A DNA stretch of 62,728 bases, filler included, from Globobulimina sp. (lineage: Eukaryota), in NCBI GenBank assembly GCA_003354225.1. It is 37 parts of 37 records of this genome, joined end to end, with 100 filler letters (N's around TTAATTAATTAA, not from the genome) between each part and the next. Parts side by side here need not be neighbours in the genome. Positions count along the whole stretch, not along the records: positions 47,556 to 49,152 come from PIVH01014326.1; positions 49,253 to 50,849 come from PIVH01014327.1; positions 50,950 to 52,546 come from PIVH01014328.1; positions 52,647 to 54,243 come from PIVH01014329.1; positions 54,344 to 55,940 come from PIVH01014330.1; positions 56,041 to 57,637 come from PIVH01014331.1; positions 57,738 to 59,334 come from PIVH01014332.1; positions 59,435 to 61,031 come from PIVH01014333.1; 29 more parts are not named here. One strand, 5' to 3'. Position numbers and translations under genes: made by a program. This document shows positions 47,556-61,131 of the stretch, in pieces (position 1 is the stretch's first letter; the number at the start of each line of letters is the position of its first letter). The notes beneath the pieces were generated by a model that was not told the origin of the DNA, ran no database searches, and saw only the letters and a program-made list of their open reading frames with translations.

Positions 47556-49152
47556 TGAAATTCACCACAAAAAAAGACGTCAACCTCTTCATTGGCACTT
47601 GGAACGTAAACGCCAAAGAACCAAAAGATTCGATAAAATCATGGCTAATCGACACCGACTGCAAATTCAACGCCGATATGTATGTCTTAGGCTTTCAGGA
47701 AATTGTGGACTTAAACGCAGCCAATTTATGGATCGAAAACACCGCCAACGAAGGTTGGGAGAAAATGATCGAAGACTGCTTGCAGTCCAATATCCCGCAC
47801 GGAGACTTTGTGCAGGTCGAATCTCGGCATTTAGTGGGCATATTATTATGCATTTATGTGCGCAAATCACTACGTCTAAAAATCAAAAACATCATGACCA
47901 GCATCGTCGGAGTGGGCCTCTTCGGCACCGCAGGCAACAAAGGCGGCGTCGGCATTCGTATGCAGCTCTATGACAGCGACATTTGTTTTATATGCACGCA
48001 TTTGGCCGCACATAAGAACAATGTGCAAGGCCGCAACCAGGATTACCTCAAAATCATTGAAAATATGAAGTTCAGCCCTTCCAACAAGAACAGGGAAAAG
48101 GTAGAGACTGCAGACAGTGCCGACAGTGCTGCGCCAGACGGGAAGGAGCAGAAAGAGGAGGAGGACGACGAGGAGTTATTGTCTGTGATCCGCAACCACG
48201 ATATGGTGGTTTGGTTGGGAGACCTCAATTATAGGCTCAATTTCGATGACTTGGAGCACGTTTTCAGCAAAGTGGAGGAAGCCGATTGGAAGTATTTGTT
48301 GAATATGGATCAGTTAAATATCGAACGCGACAAAATCAGAGCTTTTGGCGGCTTTCACGAACATGTAATTAACTTTGACCCTACGTATAAATTCCAACCA
48401 GGAACTTCCAAATATGAACAACGACCGGATAAGAAAAAGAGGTAAGTTTATGAGTTCTGAATGTGAGCGTGCTGATTATAGGGAATATGTTTACAGATTT
48501 CCGGCGTGGTGTGATCGTATTTTATGGCGTCGGGGCACGCAGAAAACGACAAATATCGCCGACGTGAAGTGTTTGAAATATTGGGTGTCGATGGAGCAAA
48601 CTATGAGTGATCATAAACCGGTTTATGCGTATTTGAGGTATAAGGCGAATATATTTGATATGGCGAAAAAGGGAGCAATGCGCAAACAGATTATGAAGAA
48701 TAAAGATAAAAATGATAATAACCAGTTGCCGCAAATTGAAATCGACCCGGAAGTGACTTTCCCGCTGATTAAGTTTGGTGAATCTGAGCAGAAAAAGTTC
48801 ATAATTCATAATACTGGCCAGGTTCCAGTCTCTTTCAGGTTTACGCATGCCGAGCATAAGGAATCTCTGCCAAAATGGTTGAAGGTGTCGCCCAATCGGG
48901 GCTTGATACGGTTTGTCCATTGCAATATATCTGTAATTAAATATGTTGTTTGCTACGTACAGGCCGCAGGAGAAAGGAAGCATTATCTTTGAGATATGCA
49001 TAACCTCTCAAATTATCAAATTAATCCAACCCGACGGCTATCGGTTGGAGGAGACGGTGTTGCTTCGCATTGAAAATACGTCGGACAAAGTTGTGCCGAT
49101 GAAATTTATTGTGGTTTCCGCCAAATATTTGATCTCTTGCTTTGGGAATAAA
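47556..49152 (+). CDS. OCRL/INPP5B-like inositol 5-phosphatase with ASH domain (partial; introns about 48442-48496, 48911-48962)
   Basis: GTWNVN, GFQE, GNKGGV, WLGDLNYR, PTYK, PAWCDRILW, SDHKPV, then IHNTGQVPVSFRF..KWLKVSP (ASH). Confidence 0.9.
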
Positions 49153-49252
49153 NNNNNNNNNNNNNNNNNNNNNNNNNNNNNNNNNNNNNNNNNNNNTTAA
49201 TTAATTAANNNNNNNNNNNNNNNNNNNNNNNNNNNNNNNNNNNNNNNNNNNN

Positions 49253-50849
49253 GCCCGTCGCGTGGCATCATTGATGCACAAAGCTCGATTGAAATGACTT
49301 TTGTATTTAATGGAGAAGCAAATATTAAAGCTTTTGGAACGGCATTATGTGAAGTTACTGGTGGTCCCGATTATTATATTCAACTTAATGGCTGTACGAA
49401 TGAGATCGATTATAATATTTCAACCCAAAATATTGATTTTGGTACAACTATGATGCGAGAAACTGTGTGCGGTGAAATAATCATATCCAACACTTCTGGT
49501 GTTCCGTTTGAATTCTTTGTTGATACAAATTTATTAAAATATAAAGAGTTCATCCAAATAAACCCGGTCCAGGGAACCGTTGCTGGATATTCAAAACAGA
49601 AAATATGCATAAAATGTACCCCATTGTTACCTATTAAATATAGAGAACAATTTAATATACAAATTGCATATTTTGAGCCACAAACAGTTTCATTAGCTCT
49701 CGATGCATATTGTTCGGAGATTATTGTGGAATTACCACGGGATATTCCCCTGGACATTAAACAAAATGAAGAATATATTAAACTATTAAATGTTGCAGGT
49801 ACAAATATTAAGCAAACCCTACAAAGTATGTATGACCTGTATCAACAGCAAAAAATTGCTTTGGAAGAGTCCTCTGAAAACCTTGAAGACCGTAAAGAAA
49901 CAGATAAAATATGCCTGCTGGACATGGATATAAATGATAATTACATTAACAGAGAAGTGGACAAACTGCAATTTGTTGATGTACTGCAACATTTATTATC
50001 AAATTATTGGAGTTCTAATAATGACAATCAAAATAAACAAAAATCAAAACGAATTACATTTTCTAAGAAAGAGTTAAAATCAGGATATGATAAATCAAAT
50101 TTAATTGCATTGCTACATGACATAAACAATGATTTTAATAACTATCAATATCTATCTATCGGATCAATACGTTATCGCCCTTTTGAATTAATGATTGGAT
50201 GTTATTTATTATCATTTGGTAATGTGGTTCATTCATTGTCATACAACAAAACGTTCACATTGAAAAATCAAGATTTATTCTATTATTTTAAAAACCACAT
50301 TTTGCACAATAACGACACTAATGTATGTTTAGAGAAAATTCAACAACAAAAACAATCCCTAATTGTTGAATGTGACAAACAATTATTAGGATATACGCCA
50401 TTCCATATTGAACCAAATAAAGCCGTAAAAATAACAGCAAACACTTCATTTGATTTTATTGTATCTTATAATCCAAACAAAAAAGTTCAAACAAAATCAA
50501 GCAACAAAAATAAAGATATCGCACAGATGATAGGTTTACAAAAGTTTTCCATTCCTTTTCGTATTGGAAGTGGTAACGGACCCTGCTTTTGCTTAAATGT
50601 TGCATTAAATATAAGAATTCCAAATATTCAAATGCAATCTGCTCAAAACAATATCATCCAAAATGAAGAATGCTGCTTAGATTTTGGTGATGTTTTAGTT
50701 GGACAATGCAAGGATTTATATATTCGACTAATAAATAATGAAAAGGTAGATTGTGAGTGGCAGTTTGATGCATTGAATGGTACAAAATCTGCAAATAAAC
50801 CATCACGGTTTTTAATTGAACCACAAATTGGCCACTTATCACCAACGCA
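49253..50849 (+). CDS. HYDIN-like axonemal central-pair protein fragment
   Basis: Tandem ASH/Ig-like repeats (IDFG...ISNTSGVPFEF...INPVQGTV; LSFGNVV; LDFGDVLVGQC...LINNEKVDCEW). Confidence 0.75.
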
Positions 50850-51289
50850 NNNNNNNNNNNNNNNNNNNNNNNNNNNNNNNNNNNNNNNNNNNNTTAATTA
50901 ATTAANNNNNNNNNNNNNNNNNNNNNNNNNNNNNNNNNNNNNNNNNNNNTTGATGTAAACTTGAGAAAATTGTTTCAAGATTGTAGAAAAAGGCGAAAAT
51001 AAAATATCTCACTCATACAGTAGACTATCACCTGAATGTCACACCTCTCAAATTAACTTTACAATAATTACCTTATTCCTTTACCAATTGAAGCAGAATT
51101 GGTCCATAAACACAAAGTCCACATTTAATTTCTCTGCCATAGAATTCCCACATTGCTAAGACAGACAGTTGAAGAGAAAAGAGAGAAGTCGCAAGCAGAC
51201 CAAAGAGTAGAGAGACAAGTTGTAAGTACTGGAAAATCGGGGGCTTATAAAGGGAAAGTATGACTGGATGATGAGACGATATCAGTGAT

Positions 51290-51505
51290 ATCATGATGAC
51301 CAATCATATGGTGAAGGATATGATGATGTCATATTACTCACCTCAAGTGATAAGATAAAGAAACTCTAGTCATCATCAAGTCGATGACAAAACATATTGC
51401 TCACCGATTCGTAACCTCAAGTGATAAGATAAAGAAACTCTAGTCATCATCGAATCGATGACCAATCATATGTCTAAGGATAGGATGATGTCATATTAGT
51501 CACCG
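51290..51505. repeat. Local duplications
   Basis: ACCTCAAGTGATAAGATAAAGAAACTCTAGTCATCATC twice (about 51340 and 51414), and GATGACCAATCATATG twice. Confidence 0.8.
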
Positions 51506-52391
51506 CGATTCACCACATCGATAAGGAAACTAGTCACCAAAAAATATCTATTTAAACCCTATCTTTTCTGTGTATGATCATTTTTGTCTTGACTCTCTCT
51601 CTTGCTTCAACTTTCTTCTCTACTTACTGGTGTAAGATGATGGCTGTATTTTCTTTCTTTATTGTCATCTCTCTCTCTCTGGTTGGCCGAGTTTGGAAAA
51701 GTGGTAAAAGATTGGCAAACACTCCAAGTTTCACTTATTTGGTAAGTCGTTCGGTAAATTTTATCAGATGTTGACATATTGTGTAAAGTGTTTTCATGTT
51801 TTAAAACACTTAAAAACTGAACTATTACTTTAATTGAAACACAATACACAAGTCGTACTTATTCGATGTTCAACTGAGATTTGTTAGTGTGAATGTTTGA
51901 AATGAATAGATCGCATGCTCTCTCCTATTTCCCCTAAGTTTATTCGTGTTTCAAAATTTAAACTACTATGTCAGTATCTAAAACGGACTCTGTCACCCCC
52001 TTAGATAGATTTTTATCAGCAGAGTGTATGTTTTCATGTTAAAATCAAAAACAGTATAAAAACTACTATCTCAAATAATTGTAGGTACCTACATATATGT
52101 GTAACACCTTGACATCCTTATGTTGATAAACGCGTACGTGTATGTAAACTTCAACAATTTTTTAAATCGAACAACCAACCAACCAACTCCGTCTCCCCAT
52201 CCCATAAGTATCTTCAATTGTAAATGTACTCTCACCGTCCGTAAGGTTTATTAAAAATTCGTTATCACATCATATCTGTACACAATACACACAGAGTAGG
52301 CTATCAGGTAATCAAAAATTCGATCGACATGTTTTTTAATTAAACAATCCCTTCCGGCGCGCCCCAAACCCCACCCCCCAGGCCCCTCCCC

Positions 52392-52432
52392 GCCCCGCTC
52401 TTTCAAGCCCGGCGGGCTTGAAAGAGCGGGGC
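52392..52432. other. Perfect 19-bp GC-rich inverted repeat (hairpin)
   Basis: GCCCCGCTCTTTCAAGCCC-GGC-GGGCTTGAAAGAGCGGGGC. Confidence 0.95.
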
Positions 52433-52646
52433 CCCACCTTTGGGGGGTAAAGGGGGGAAGGGGGGTGATGATTGTATGTACCGTTCGACATCCAAAACAG
52501 AAAAGATTTGGGACCGGACGGGACCGGACAGCATGTACGACGTCAGNNNNNNNNNNNNNNNNNNNNNNNNNNNNNNNNNNNNNNNNNNNNTTAATTAATT
52601 AANNNNNNNNNNNNNNNNNNNNNNNNNNNNNNNNNNNNNNNNNNNN

Positions 52647-53959
52647 TAATTTTAAATGGTTTGCTATTTACAACCCTCCCATTCTTTGTCCATTGTATAG
52701 TCCAATTCTTACAATCCAACAAAATGGTGATCACATCATCAGTTTTCCATCCATCATTGACATTATTTTCAAATATATATTCACCGCCGGATGATCCATA
52801 AATATATCTCCTATACGAATTCCAATAATAGGCATATTTTATTCTATTGTCATTCACCCAATTTGCTCCATTTGAGGCAATCTCATTATCAGTAAATACA
52901 CCCAATGCATGCGAGGCATTGCCGGCCGATGACGAACTATCATAATTTATACATTTTATTTTCCATTCAAACAAACCATCTCTATACCCATTGCTACATG
53001 AGACCATTCGCGCATATTTTCCTTTTTTCAGTCCATTCCCGGAAATAACATCTCCATTTTCATCATTAATATAAATATAATTCTTATCATAAATATCAAA
53101 GCTTACAAATTCTTCATTTATTTTATTAATGCTTCCACATTTAATATCACTCCGTTTTGACCAAACTCGCAAATTTGATTCAAAATATTGTATTCGCAGC
53201 GAATAATTGCCATCTTTATTGACATTGACTGTGTTTTCATAAATTTTCGTATCATTGTCAGTCACATTTATTTCACTTATATTTACATTCTCGTTTTTCT
53301 TTTCATCATCATCCATATTTTTCCATTCAACTCTGATTTTATTTATTTTAAAATCAGCATTATCAGTCACTTGTATATTCCATTTAAAATTTACATTGTA
53401 ATTCCTAGAGTTATTACGCAGGAATAATAAGGTTGGTTTTTTTAAAGGCAATGATATATCGCCATAATTGTTCATTAATTGAATAAATTGTTGTTTTGAG
53501 TGTTGATTTGTATAAAATATACCATTTTGGTGCTGTTGAATGGCTGTATTTATCGCATCCAATTCTCTTTGAGATGGCCATTGTTTGTTGTTTGAATATT
53601 GTTTCATTTTATTTATTTCGACATCCATTGAATTTGTTTTACTCTCTGATATATTGTATAATTTTTGTAAAACAGCGGTCTTTCGTTCGTTTATTGTTGA
53701 TACTAATCCATCAAAATCTGCCTTAATGTTTTTAATGCATTCTTCCACATTCATTCCGATATCTTTTTTTGATGTTTATAGGTAGTACTTTTTGATTCTC
53801 ATATTGGAGCTCCATACCTTTTTGAGCTTTTTCCATGTTTGCAACACAGGCATTGATTTGTTTGATTTTTTCAGCATCATTATTTTTTTTAGCATTTGGA
53901 CTGCTGTTTCCACCGAAAAAGAAGTCATTATTCGCAGTGCCCCACATTTTAATTTCCAA
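52647..53959 (-). CDS. Coiled-coil + FN3-like + SPRY-like (TRIM C-terminal-like) protein, frameshift near 53765 (3' partial)
   Basis: BBC-like coil (IKADFDGLVSTINERKTAVLQKL), FN3-like W/Y pattern, GLFEWKIK, WKTDDVITILLDC..WTIQWTKNG. Confidence 0.7.
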
Positions 53960-54343
53960 AGCTAAAAAGATTTTGTTGATCGAGTAATCTCAAATTTCGT
54001 TGAGTCGATCAGTCGATCAGTCGATCCACAACAACTGAACTTGATATACCACTTCTTGTTTTTTTTTTGCGTAGCAGCTGGTTTGCAAATACAACAATAC
54101 ATTAATTAATTGATGAATAAACAAAACATGATCGTAGATATCGCTAAAAGGGAAAAACAAATTGCTACACGTTGGATATTCAAAGAAAAAAAAAAAAAAA
54201 AAAAAAGGGTTCAAAAATAAAAAAATTTTAAAAAAAAATATCANNNNNNNNNNNNNNNNNNNNNNNNNNNNNNNNNNNNNNNNNNNNTTAATTAATTAAN
54301 NNNNNNNNNNNNNNNNNNNNNNNNNNNNNNNNNNNNNNNNNNN

Positions 54344-55940
54344 CTGAAAAATGTTTTTGTTTTGGAACTTGAAGCAAACTGAAAATAATACGATTATAAC
54401 AGGCGAGCGCAAGAAGTGATCTTAGCGATGAATATTCGCACACAAATGACTATCCATTGCGGTTTAATAGGACCAAATCGTACACGCAGTCCCGAAATAA
54501 TTCCTATAGCGATGCAGGAACGGTAGTGATTCGAGGCAGCGTCGCCGATGACCGACAGAGCGTATATACCGCGCCAATGTCGCCTGCTGTCATGCCGCTG
54601 TCGCCAGCCATGCCGCCCATAATCACCGATATGCACAATGATTTGCATAAATTAATCGACAATTTGCTTGCGGCAAAGTGTGAGAATAACAGCAATTACG
54701 ATGAATATCATGAAGCGTTGGTATCATTGACAACCAATTGGGACCGCGAACGGAGTGAAAAGAATTTGAAATATCTAAATGCAAAACATAATTATAAAAA
54801 CCATGTGATATTAGATTTATTGGGTGTGCTCAATGCGCAGTTAGGAAACACCAAAGATGCCTGCAAATACCATACACAGTCCATTGCCATTTCCAATGAT
54901 AAATATATCGAAGCCATGCATAACTACGCATACTTATTGCATAGAATTGGCGATAAAGAATCTGATTTATTGAGTGTGAAGTATTATAAATTGGCGTTGA
55001 ATATAAACAGTACTTTTGCGCACTGTTGGTTGCATTTTGGAAATTTGTTAGAAGACTCTGGCAAATTAATGGAGGCCGCGGAAATGTATAAAAGAGCAAT
55101 TCAGATAAGACCGACCAACGCTGCATTTCATTTGGATTTTGCTAACGTATTAGGTATTGTTTATAAATAATTAGCATATTTTCAAAAACGTTTTTTTTTT
55201 AATCTGAAAATATTTTTGAAATCTGACACAAACATTTTTTTTTAGACTGAATATTTCATTTTTGATTGGTTGCAAAAAATAAATGCATTTTATTTTTTAG
55301 ATGATTTGAATGAATTTGAGGAGGCATCCAATCAATATTTAAAATGTATAGAATTACAACCAAACGATGCAGTGTATCATTGGAACTATGCGATATCGTT
55401 AGAAAACCAATGCTTTTTTTATAAAGCCGAAGAAGCGTATAAACGAGCGATCAATTTAGATTTCGAGTGTATCGATGCGCACATTAACTACGCGCATATG
55501 CTCTGCAACCAACCCAACCCACAGTACAGGAAAGCCATTAAAGAGTACGAATTGATCCTCAAAATACCGGACATGGCGTGCAATACGGAGATCATGTTGA
55601 AATTAGCGAAATTATACGACCATTTTGGGCAATTAACGGATGAAACGGAGGAGATTTATATGAGTATATTGCAGCTGGACCCAAGCAATGAAGACGCATA
55701 CATACTATTTGCGACCTACCTAACCAATCAAAACCGGATTGAGGATGCAAACGCATGCTATCAAGCCGGTATTCGGCATATTCAATCTGATAAATTGCAA
55801 GGACATTACATCATTTTTTTAAAAGAAATTCAAAATGGCTATAATAATAAACCTAAAAAAATAAATCATGCGCATGGCCGTGCTCAGGCCACGCCGCGTA
55901 AAATAAAATTGGAAAAGAAAGCTTCGTATGTCCCGCCTTC
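54344..55940 (+). CDS. TPR-repeat protein (partial; intron about 55154-55309)
   Basis: Multiple TPRs (EAMHNYA, YKRAIQIRP, YLKCIELQPNDAVYHWNYA). The exact start is unclear. Confidence 0.88.
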
Positions 55941-56040
55941 NNNNNNNNNNNNNNNNNNNNNNNNNNNNNNNNNNNNNNNNNNNNTTAATTAATTAANNNN
56001 NNNNNNNNNNNNNNNNNNNNNNNNNNNNNNNNNNNNNNNN

Positions 56041-57323
56041 GTATTGACGGGAGGATGGACAATGATGTCTTGCGGACACGAAAGCAGGCTGTCTAGCATA
56101 CGCTGAGTGTTGCCAGAGGCCGACAGTGGGTTTTGCCGATTGTGTGGGTGATCTTTGCGCAGTTCAGGGTATAGTGCGGGGTCTGTTTCATTGGCAATGA
56201 AGCAGTTGAAACACACATCACATCGGCATGCTAAGCACGTAAATATCATAGGATTTGTTGGCTGGATGTTGGGCGAATCGTTGGCTTTAACATACTGTAT
56301 TCGTCGGTGGCATATCTGACACTGAAATCCGTTGCTGTAGCGATATAAAAGCGAATCCAAATTATGATTAAGATTATTAGTAATAAATATGTTGAGCATG
56401 TAAGAAATGATAAATTGCAGCAGTTTGTGCCCATCGTCGCAGAACTTGTTCGGGTCATTATTGAATTTCTCCCGAATATAGATAGGAAAATAAAGGTCCT
56501 CATGGGAGAGGGCACAGGCTTCAGATACCAGAGAGTCGACTTTGGAGCGGATTGACAGCGCATATTTGAAGGAGAGGTCCAGAGTGTGATCATTTTGAAT
56601 TAATGAGCTATTCATCCTTTTGGTGCAGTCCCTGGTGAACGTGCCAAAGTTGTTCCAATCCGCTGTACCATTCATACCAAAATAGAACGAATTGAATGAG
56701 GATTGGTAGAAAGACTCACGCTCTTTCAAGCCTGCTTCAATGTGGATTGGAGAGGGGCCTTTAATGAGTTCCACGCCGTATAACGTGATCGATGAGAATG
56801 GATTATGATGGACCATGTGTTGGTAACACGAGGTACCATCCAGACCAACAAAGTGCATTATATCCCCTGTCCAGGTGTTGTAATTAAATTTGATAACTTT
56901 CTCAATCAAATAATTCATTTTCTGATACTTTGTCATATTTACGAATCGGATTCTGTTATCGGTAATGGCTTCGCTGTCATCGAGAAAGTCCATCTGCGAC
57001 TCATTGACGGCGAGCGCTTGATTCTCATCCAGTTTCTCCTCGTCTTGCAATGCTTTGATACCTGATTTGATTCGAAACATAATTTCGAACTTCTCCCGCC
57101 AGTTAAGAGTAATTTTATTGTTGGGCAAATCATAAAAACCCATTGAAATCAGCATTTTATAGAGGTTCTTAATGGCGCAAAGGTGTTCATTCAACCTGTT
57201 GCGGAGTACTCTATTTCCATTGATGCTATGACAGAGGATGAGATTACTTTGTGTAACACACTCAAATCCCTTCCCGGCTCTTTTATTTCCAACAGCAACC
57301 AATCCATTTTGATTTATGAACAT
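56041..57323 (-). CDS. Hypothetical protein with C-terminal Cys-rich zinc finger (3' partial)
   Basis: >420-codon intronless ORF; FQCQIC...FTCLACRCDVCFNC (ZZ/C1-like). Confidence 0.6.
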
Positions 57324-58188
57324 CGCCGATTCAAATTAGCCAATATTGGGTTGTGGAAAGGCTTTATGACCTGTAAATACTTGGAATCTTTGGATATTTT
57401 GGTTCCAAACAGAGGTCGCAACTGCAACTGCCACCACTGATGCCCACACAATGGGTAGTCTACATGCAGTATAGTCCTACTGTGTCTCAGCCACTACACC
57501 GCTCCCTCCACACTTCTTTGGCCACATACTGCAATTATGAAAGGTCTAGTCAAGGCACAGATCGATAATGTGTGAGACATGTGACACTGCACTTTCTCAC
57601 CTCGATATAACTTGTGATATGATTTACAATGACTAGANNNNNNNNNNNNNNNNNNNNNNNNNNNNNNNNNNNNNNNNNNNNTTAATTAATTAANNNNNNN
57701 NNNNNNNNNNNNNNNNNNNNNNNNNNNNNNNNNNNNNGGAATGCAGTCATGATGGCATCCTGTGACAAAGCAAGAGAAGTTTGAAAGATTGAATATTGTA
57801 TTTAATACTTCTATTGGTATTAATTATTATGAAGAAATTAAATGGATTCAAGACATATGCAATGGAGAGAAAAAATCAGAAACAAAAGTTGATAAACTCA
57901 CTCAAAATAATAAGCACAAACAACCATTAATAATATCAAAGCCTTCTCAGTCTCAACACCTTCTTTCACCACATTTCATTTTAAAATGGCAAACAAAATT
58001 GCTACGGCATCAGCATGAAGCAAGCAAATATTATCAGAATCAAAAAGAACAATATTAATTCAACAACAATATTTATGTCAATCCTAAAAGAAGAGAGGGA
58101 TGTAATAATCCCATAATCGTATATTTTATACAGCATATTTATACTTGGTCCTATTTTTAGCACTATTCCTATTCCTATCTCGCTAACA

Positions 58189-58947
58189 ATGTTTAAATAT
58201 CTCTCATTCTCATTGGGTATGATCAGTTGTTTGGTGGTTGCAAACAATGAGTGTTCAGAATGGGATTTTCTGTGTCCACACAATTATCAATGTGTTAGTC
58301 ATCAATGCGTTCCATTATTTGTTGGATTAGAAAGGGGTGGAGGTGGCAGACAGTTGCAAGCAGCTCAACAGAAAGAAGAAGAAGAAAAAGAAAACCATTC
58401 TTGGAATTGCTTAAAATCCGCAGTGGATACTCTTTCAAAGGTTTTTTGGAAAGCAAGAGACTTCAAATACCAACATGGCGACGCATTTCTTACATATCAT
58501 TCGGTGAAAGACCAGTCGTTAATTGCAAAAGTTCATTTTACGCACACAACAGAAGTATTTGCGACTGAATATTCCGACTTGAAATATAGGATTCATTTAA
58601 CAGATATTATTCGCATCGATGACAAAAATCAATGCAAAGGACGTGCTTTATTCACGATGAACTTTGGTGGCGACGGACCTGCTTATGAAAAGGCACTGGC
58701 TGCACTTAAGCAAGCAAGTGGATTGATGGAAATGGTGGTGATACAATCTGAACGCGATGTTGACGAAATATCTCGACGCCGCACATTCAGAGATAAAGGC
58801 AAATCACGCATATGGTACCAGTATGATCCACAAAAGAGAGAATTGACGATAACAGAAACGTATATACGGAGCAGAATCGCTGAAGTAAAGCTACGTTATT
58901 CTCACACAGAACGCAGTCGATATGTACAGATAGTGCAGTCAACGTAA
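58189..58947 (+). CDS. Secreted protein with a small Cys-rich N-terminal module
   Basis: Signal-like N-terminus, CSEWDFLCPHNYQCVSHQC, then an unrecognised globular domain. Confidence 0.6.
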   Translation: MFKYLSFSLGMISCLVVANNECSEWDFLCPHNYQCVSHQCVPLFVGLERGGGGRQLQAAQQKEEEEKENHSWNCLKSAVDTLSKVFWKARDFKYQHGDAFLTYHSVKDQSLIAKVHFTHTTEVFATEYSDLKYRIHLTDIIRIDDKNQCKGRALFTMNFGGDGPAYEKALAALKQASGLMEMVVIQSERDVDEISRRRTFRDKGKSRIWYQYDPQKRELTITETYIRSRIAEVKLRYSHTERSRYVQIVQST

Positions 58948-59752
58948 TAATGAGCCATAAAAGGTGAGGTTGTAACTTCGCCGTCTTTTCGCATTGTGTT
59001 CATATTTGTTTATTGTTTCCATATCTCAGATGCATACATTTTGACAGAAATCATATACAAAAAAAAACATATTTTAGCCCAATCTTTTTTGTTACGATGC
59101 TCTGCCAAATCACCGTTTAACTCCTCTCGATGTTTAAAAAACACTCTACATTTATTCCTCTCGCTTCCTTTAATTTGTTTATGCCGATAATTTTATCATT
59201 GATAATTTTTCTTCCGTATTTTTGTGCGTTTTACAAATGCTGCACAAATATTGCTCAATGTAAGATATACCACAAATGGCACATCATTAAACACAGGAAA
59301 TTATTCGCAAATCCATGATTCTAAAACTCAAATTNNNNNNNNNNNNNNNNNNNNNNNNNNNNNNNNNNNNNNNNNNNNTTAATTAATTAANNNNNNNNNN
59401 NNNNNNNNNNNNNNNNNNNNNNNNNNNNNNNNNNTATTTAACTTTTTTGGCTTAGTTTCGTTTCGTTTCATTTCAACGATTAGCAAAGTTTTTGGGTTAG
59501 GTAGAGTGGTTTTCAACGGGCCAAAAAGAGTGGAGTAATGCCACTTTTACTGGACTTTTTTGGATAAAAATTATATAGGTTCGGCTTCGTTTCTCAGAAA
59601 CAATATATAAAAATTTGTCAAAAAGGTACCATAAATCCTAAAAAACAAAGAACACAGTCAAAAAGATTAGAACAAAACGTATATACAGCATTTACACTAT
59701 TATAGTGTCAATGAGCGGTATTAATATTATACAAAAACATTGACATCATGTT

Positions 59753-61031
59753 CTATAATGTAGTTTTATTTACTTGTTGAATTAAATTGTCATCATCTTC
59801 ATTATCTGCTGTTTTATTTATCGCATCAATTATATCCATATTATCTGCCGTTTCATTTACTGCCGCAATGATATCATTATCATCATAATTACCCATTGTA
59901 TTTTTACCAGATGTTGCAACATATTGTTCTGATTCAGTACTATTTGAATATTCATTCTCTTCAATCTCACCATGGCCAACAGCTGTAATTGCCACACACG
60001 GCATTGGTTCAAGTTCAATATTTACATTATTCCCTCCTCCGCCTTCAACTGACAATGCCATTTCAGCCATTTCAGCCATTTCATTTTCGGCTGTTTTACC
60101 ACTTTTAATTGTAATTGTCACTGCATTTTTTATTCTATTTTGTGATTCCTTTACATTGAATTCAATTTCAGAAACAACAGGTACACCATTTAAATTCCAC
60201 GAATTTTCTAATATTTGAGCCAATTGTCCATTTTGTTGACATTCATTTAATAATTCCTTATAATTAATATTTCGACTCAATATATGATTTAAATGGATAT
60301 TTGTTGTAATTTTTAACCCATTTGGAATATGTATTGGTCGCATAATTTCAAGTAATCGACGATTTACTCCAAGTACACCAGCTAATTGATTTTGAATTTG
60401 TTTTGTTTGATTTCTACATTCTTGTAATTTACAAATAATTGGCGAGCCGGTCACATTAAATTCAATAATAGCATATTCTTGGTTGTTTAAGATAGTTTTT
60501 TCATTTATCATGGATCTAACTGTGCCAATTATAGATACGATTGAGAATATCATTGAAGTGATTGCAATCAAATCAAAATCTTCAATTGCAAATAAATAAA
60601 TAATTTGTAAAACCACTTGAGGCAAATTCTCAAATAAAACAACGGAATAAATTCTATGTGAACCAAATCGAAGCAACTGTTCATTTGTCAAATCCATACA
60701 AAAAACATTTAATTGAAACAAACTTGAATTCATTAATTGTATTGCTGTAAATGATGAACCTGAAAATATTGATAATAAATATAATAATTTGGAATTATTG
60801 GTTATCCATAATTTTATATTATCTCTATGCCGCCAATACTTATTAATTTCATTCAATAATTGCAAGAATGACATTATTATTGGTAAAATTATAAAAAATA
60901 AAGCAAAAATAAATAATACTAAAAATACATCTTTTTTATCATTCATTTTCTGACTAATTACAACTGAAAAAAAAATATCTGATAATACATCAAATATTTG
61001 AAACATTGCCACAAATACTGATGAAATAGTA
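59753..61031 (-). CDS. Multi-pass membrane protein with XK-related-like signature (5' partial)
   Basis: FDVLSDIFF...LFENLPQVVLQI resembles the XK/Xkr ExxPQxxLQ motif; acidic tail with D-I-I-x-A-V/I-N-x-T repeats. Confidence 0.65.
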
Positions 61032-61131
61032 NNNNNNNNNNNNNNNNNNNNNNNNNNNNNNNNNNNNNNNNNNNNTTAATTAATTAANNNNNNNNNNNNN
61101 NNNNNNNNNNNNNNNNNNNNNNNNNNNNNNN

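Noticed and set aside
53755-53775. Programmed frameshift in the SPRY/FN3 gene
   Set aside because: The shift sits in a 7-nt homopolymer; a sequencing indel or pseudogenisation is simpler.
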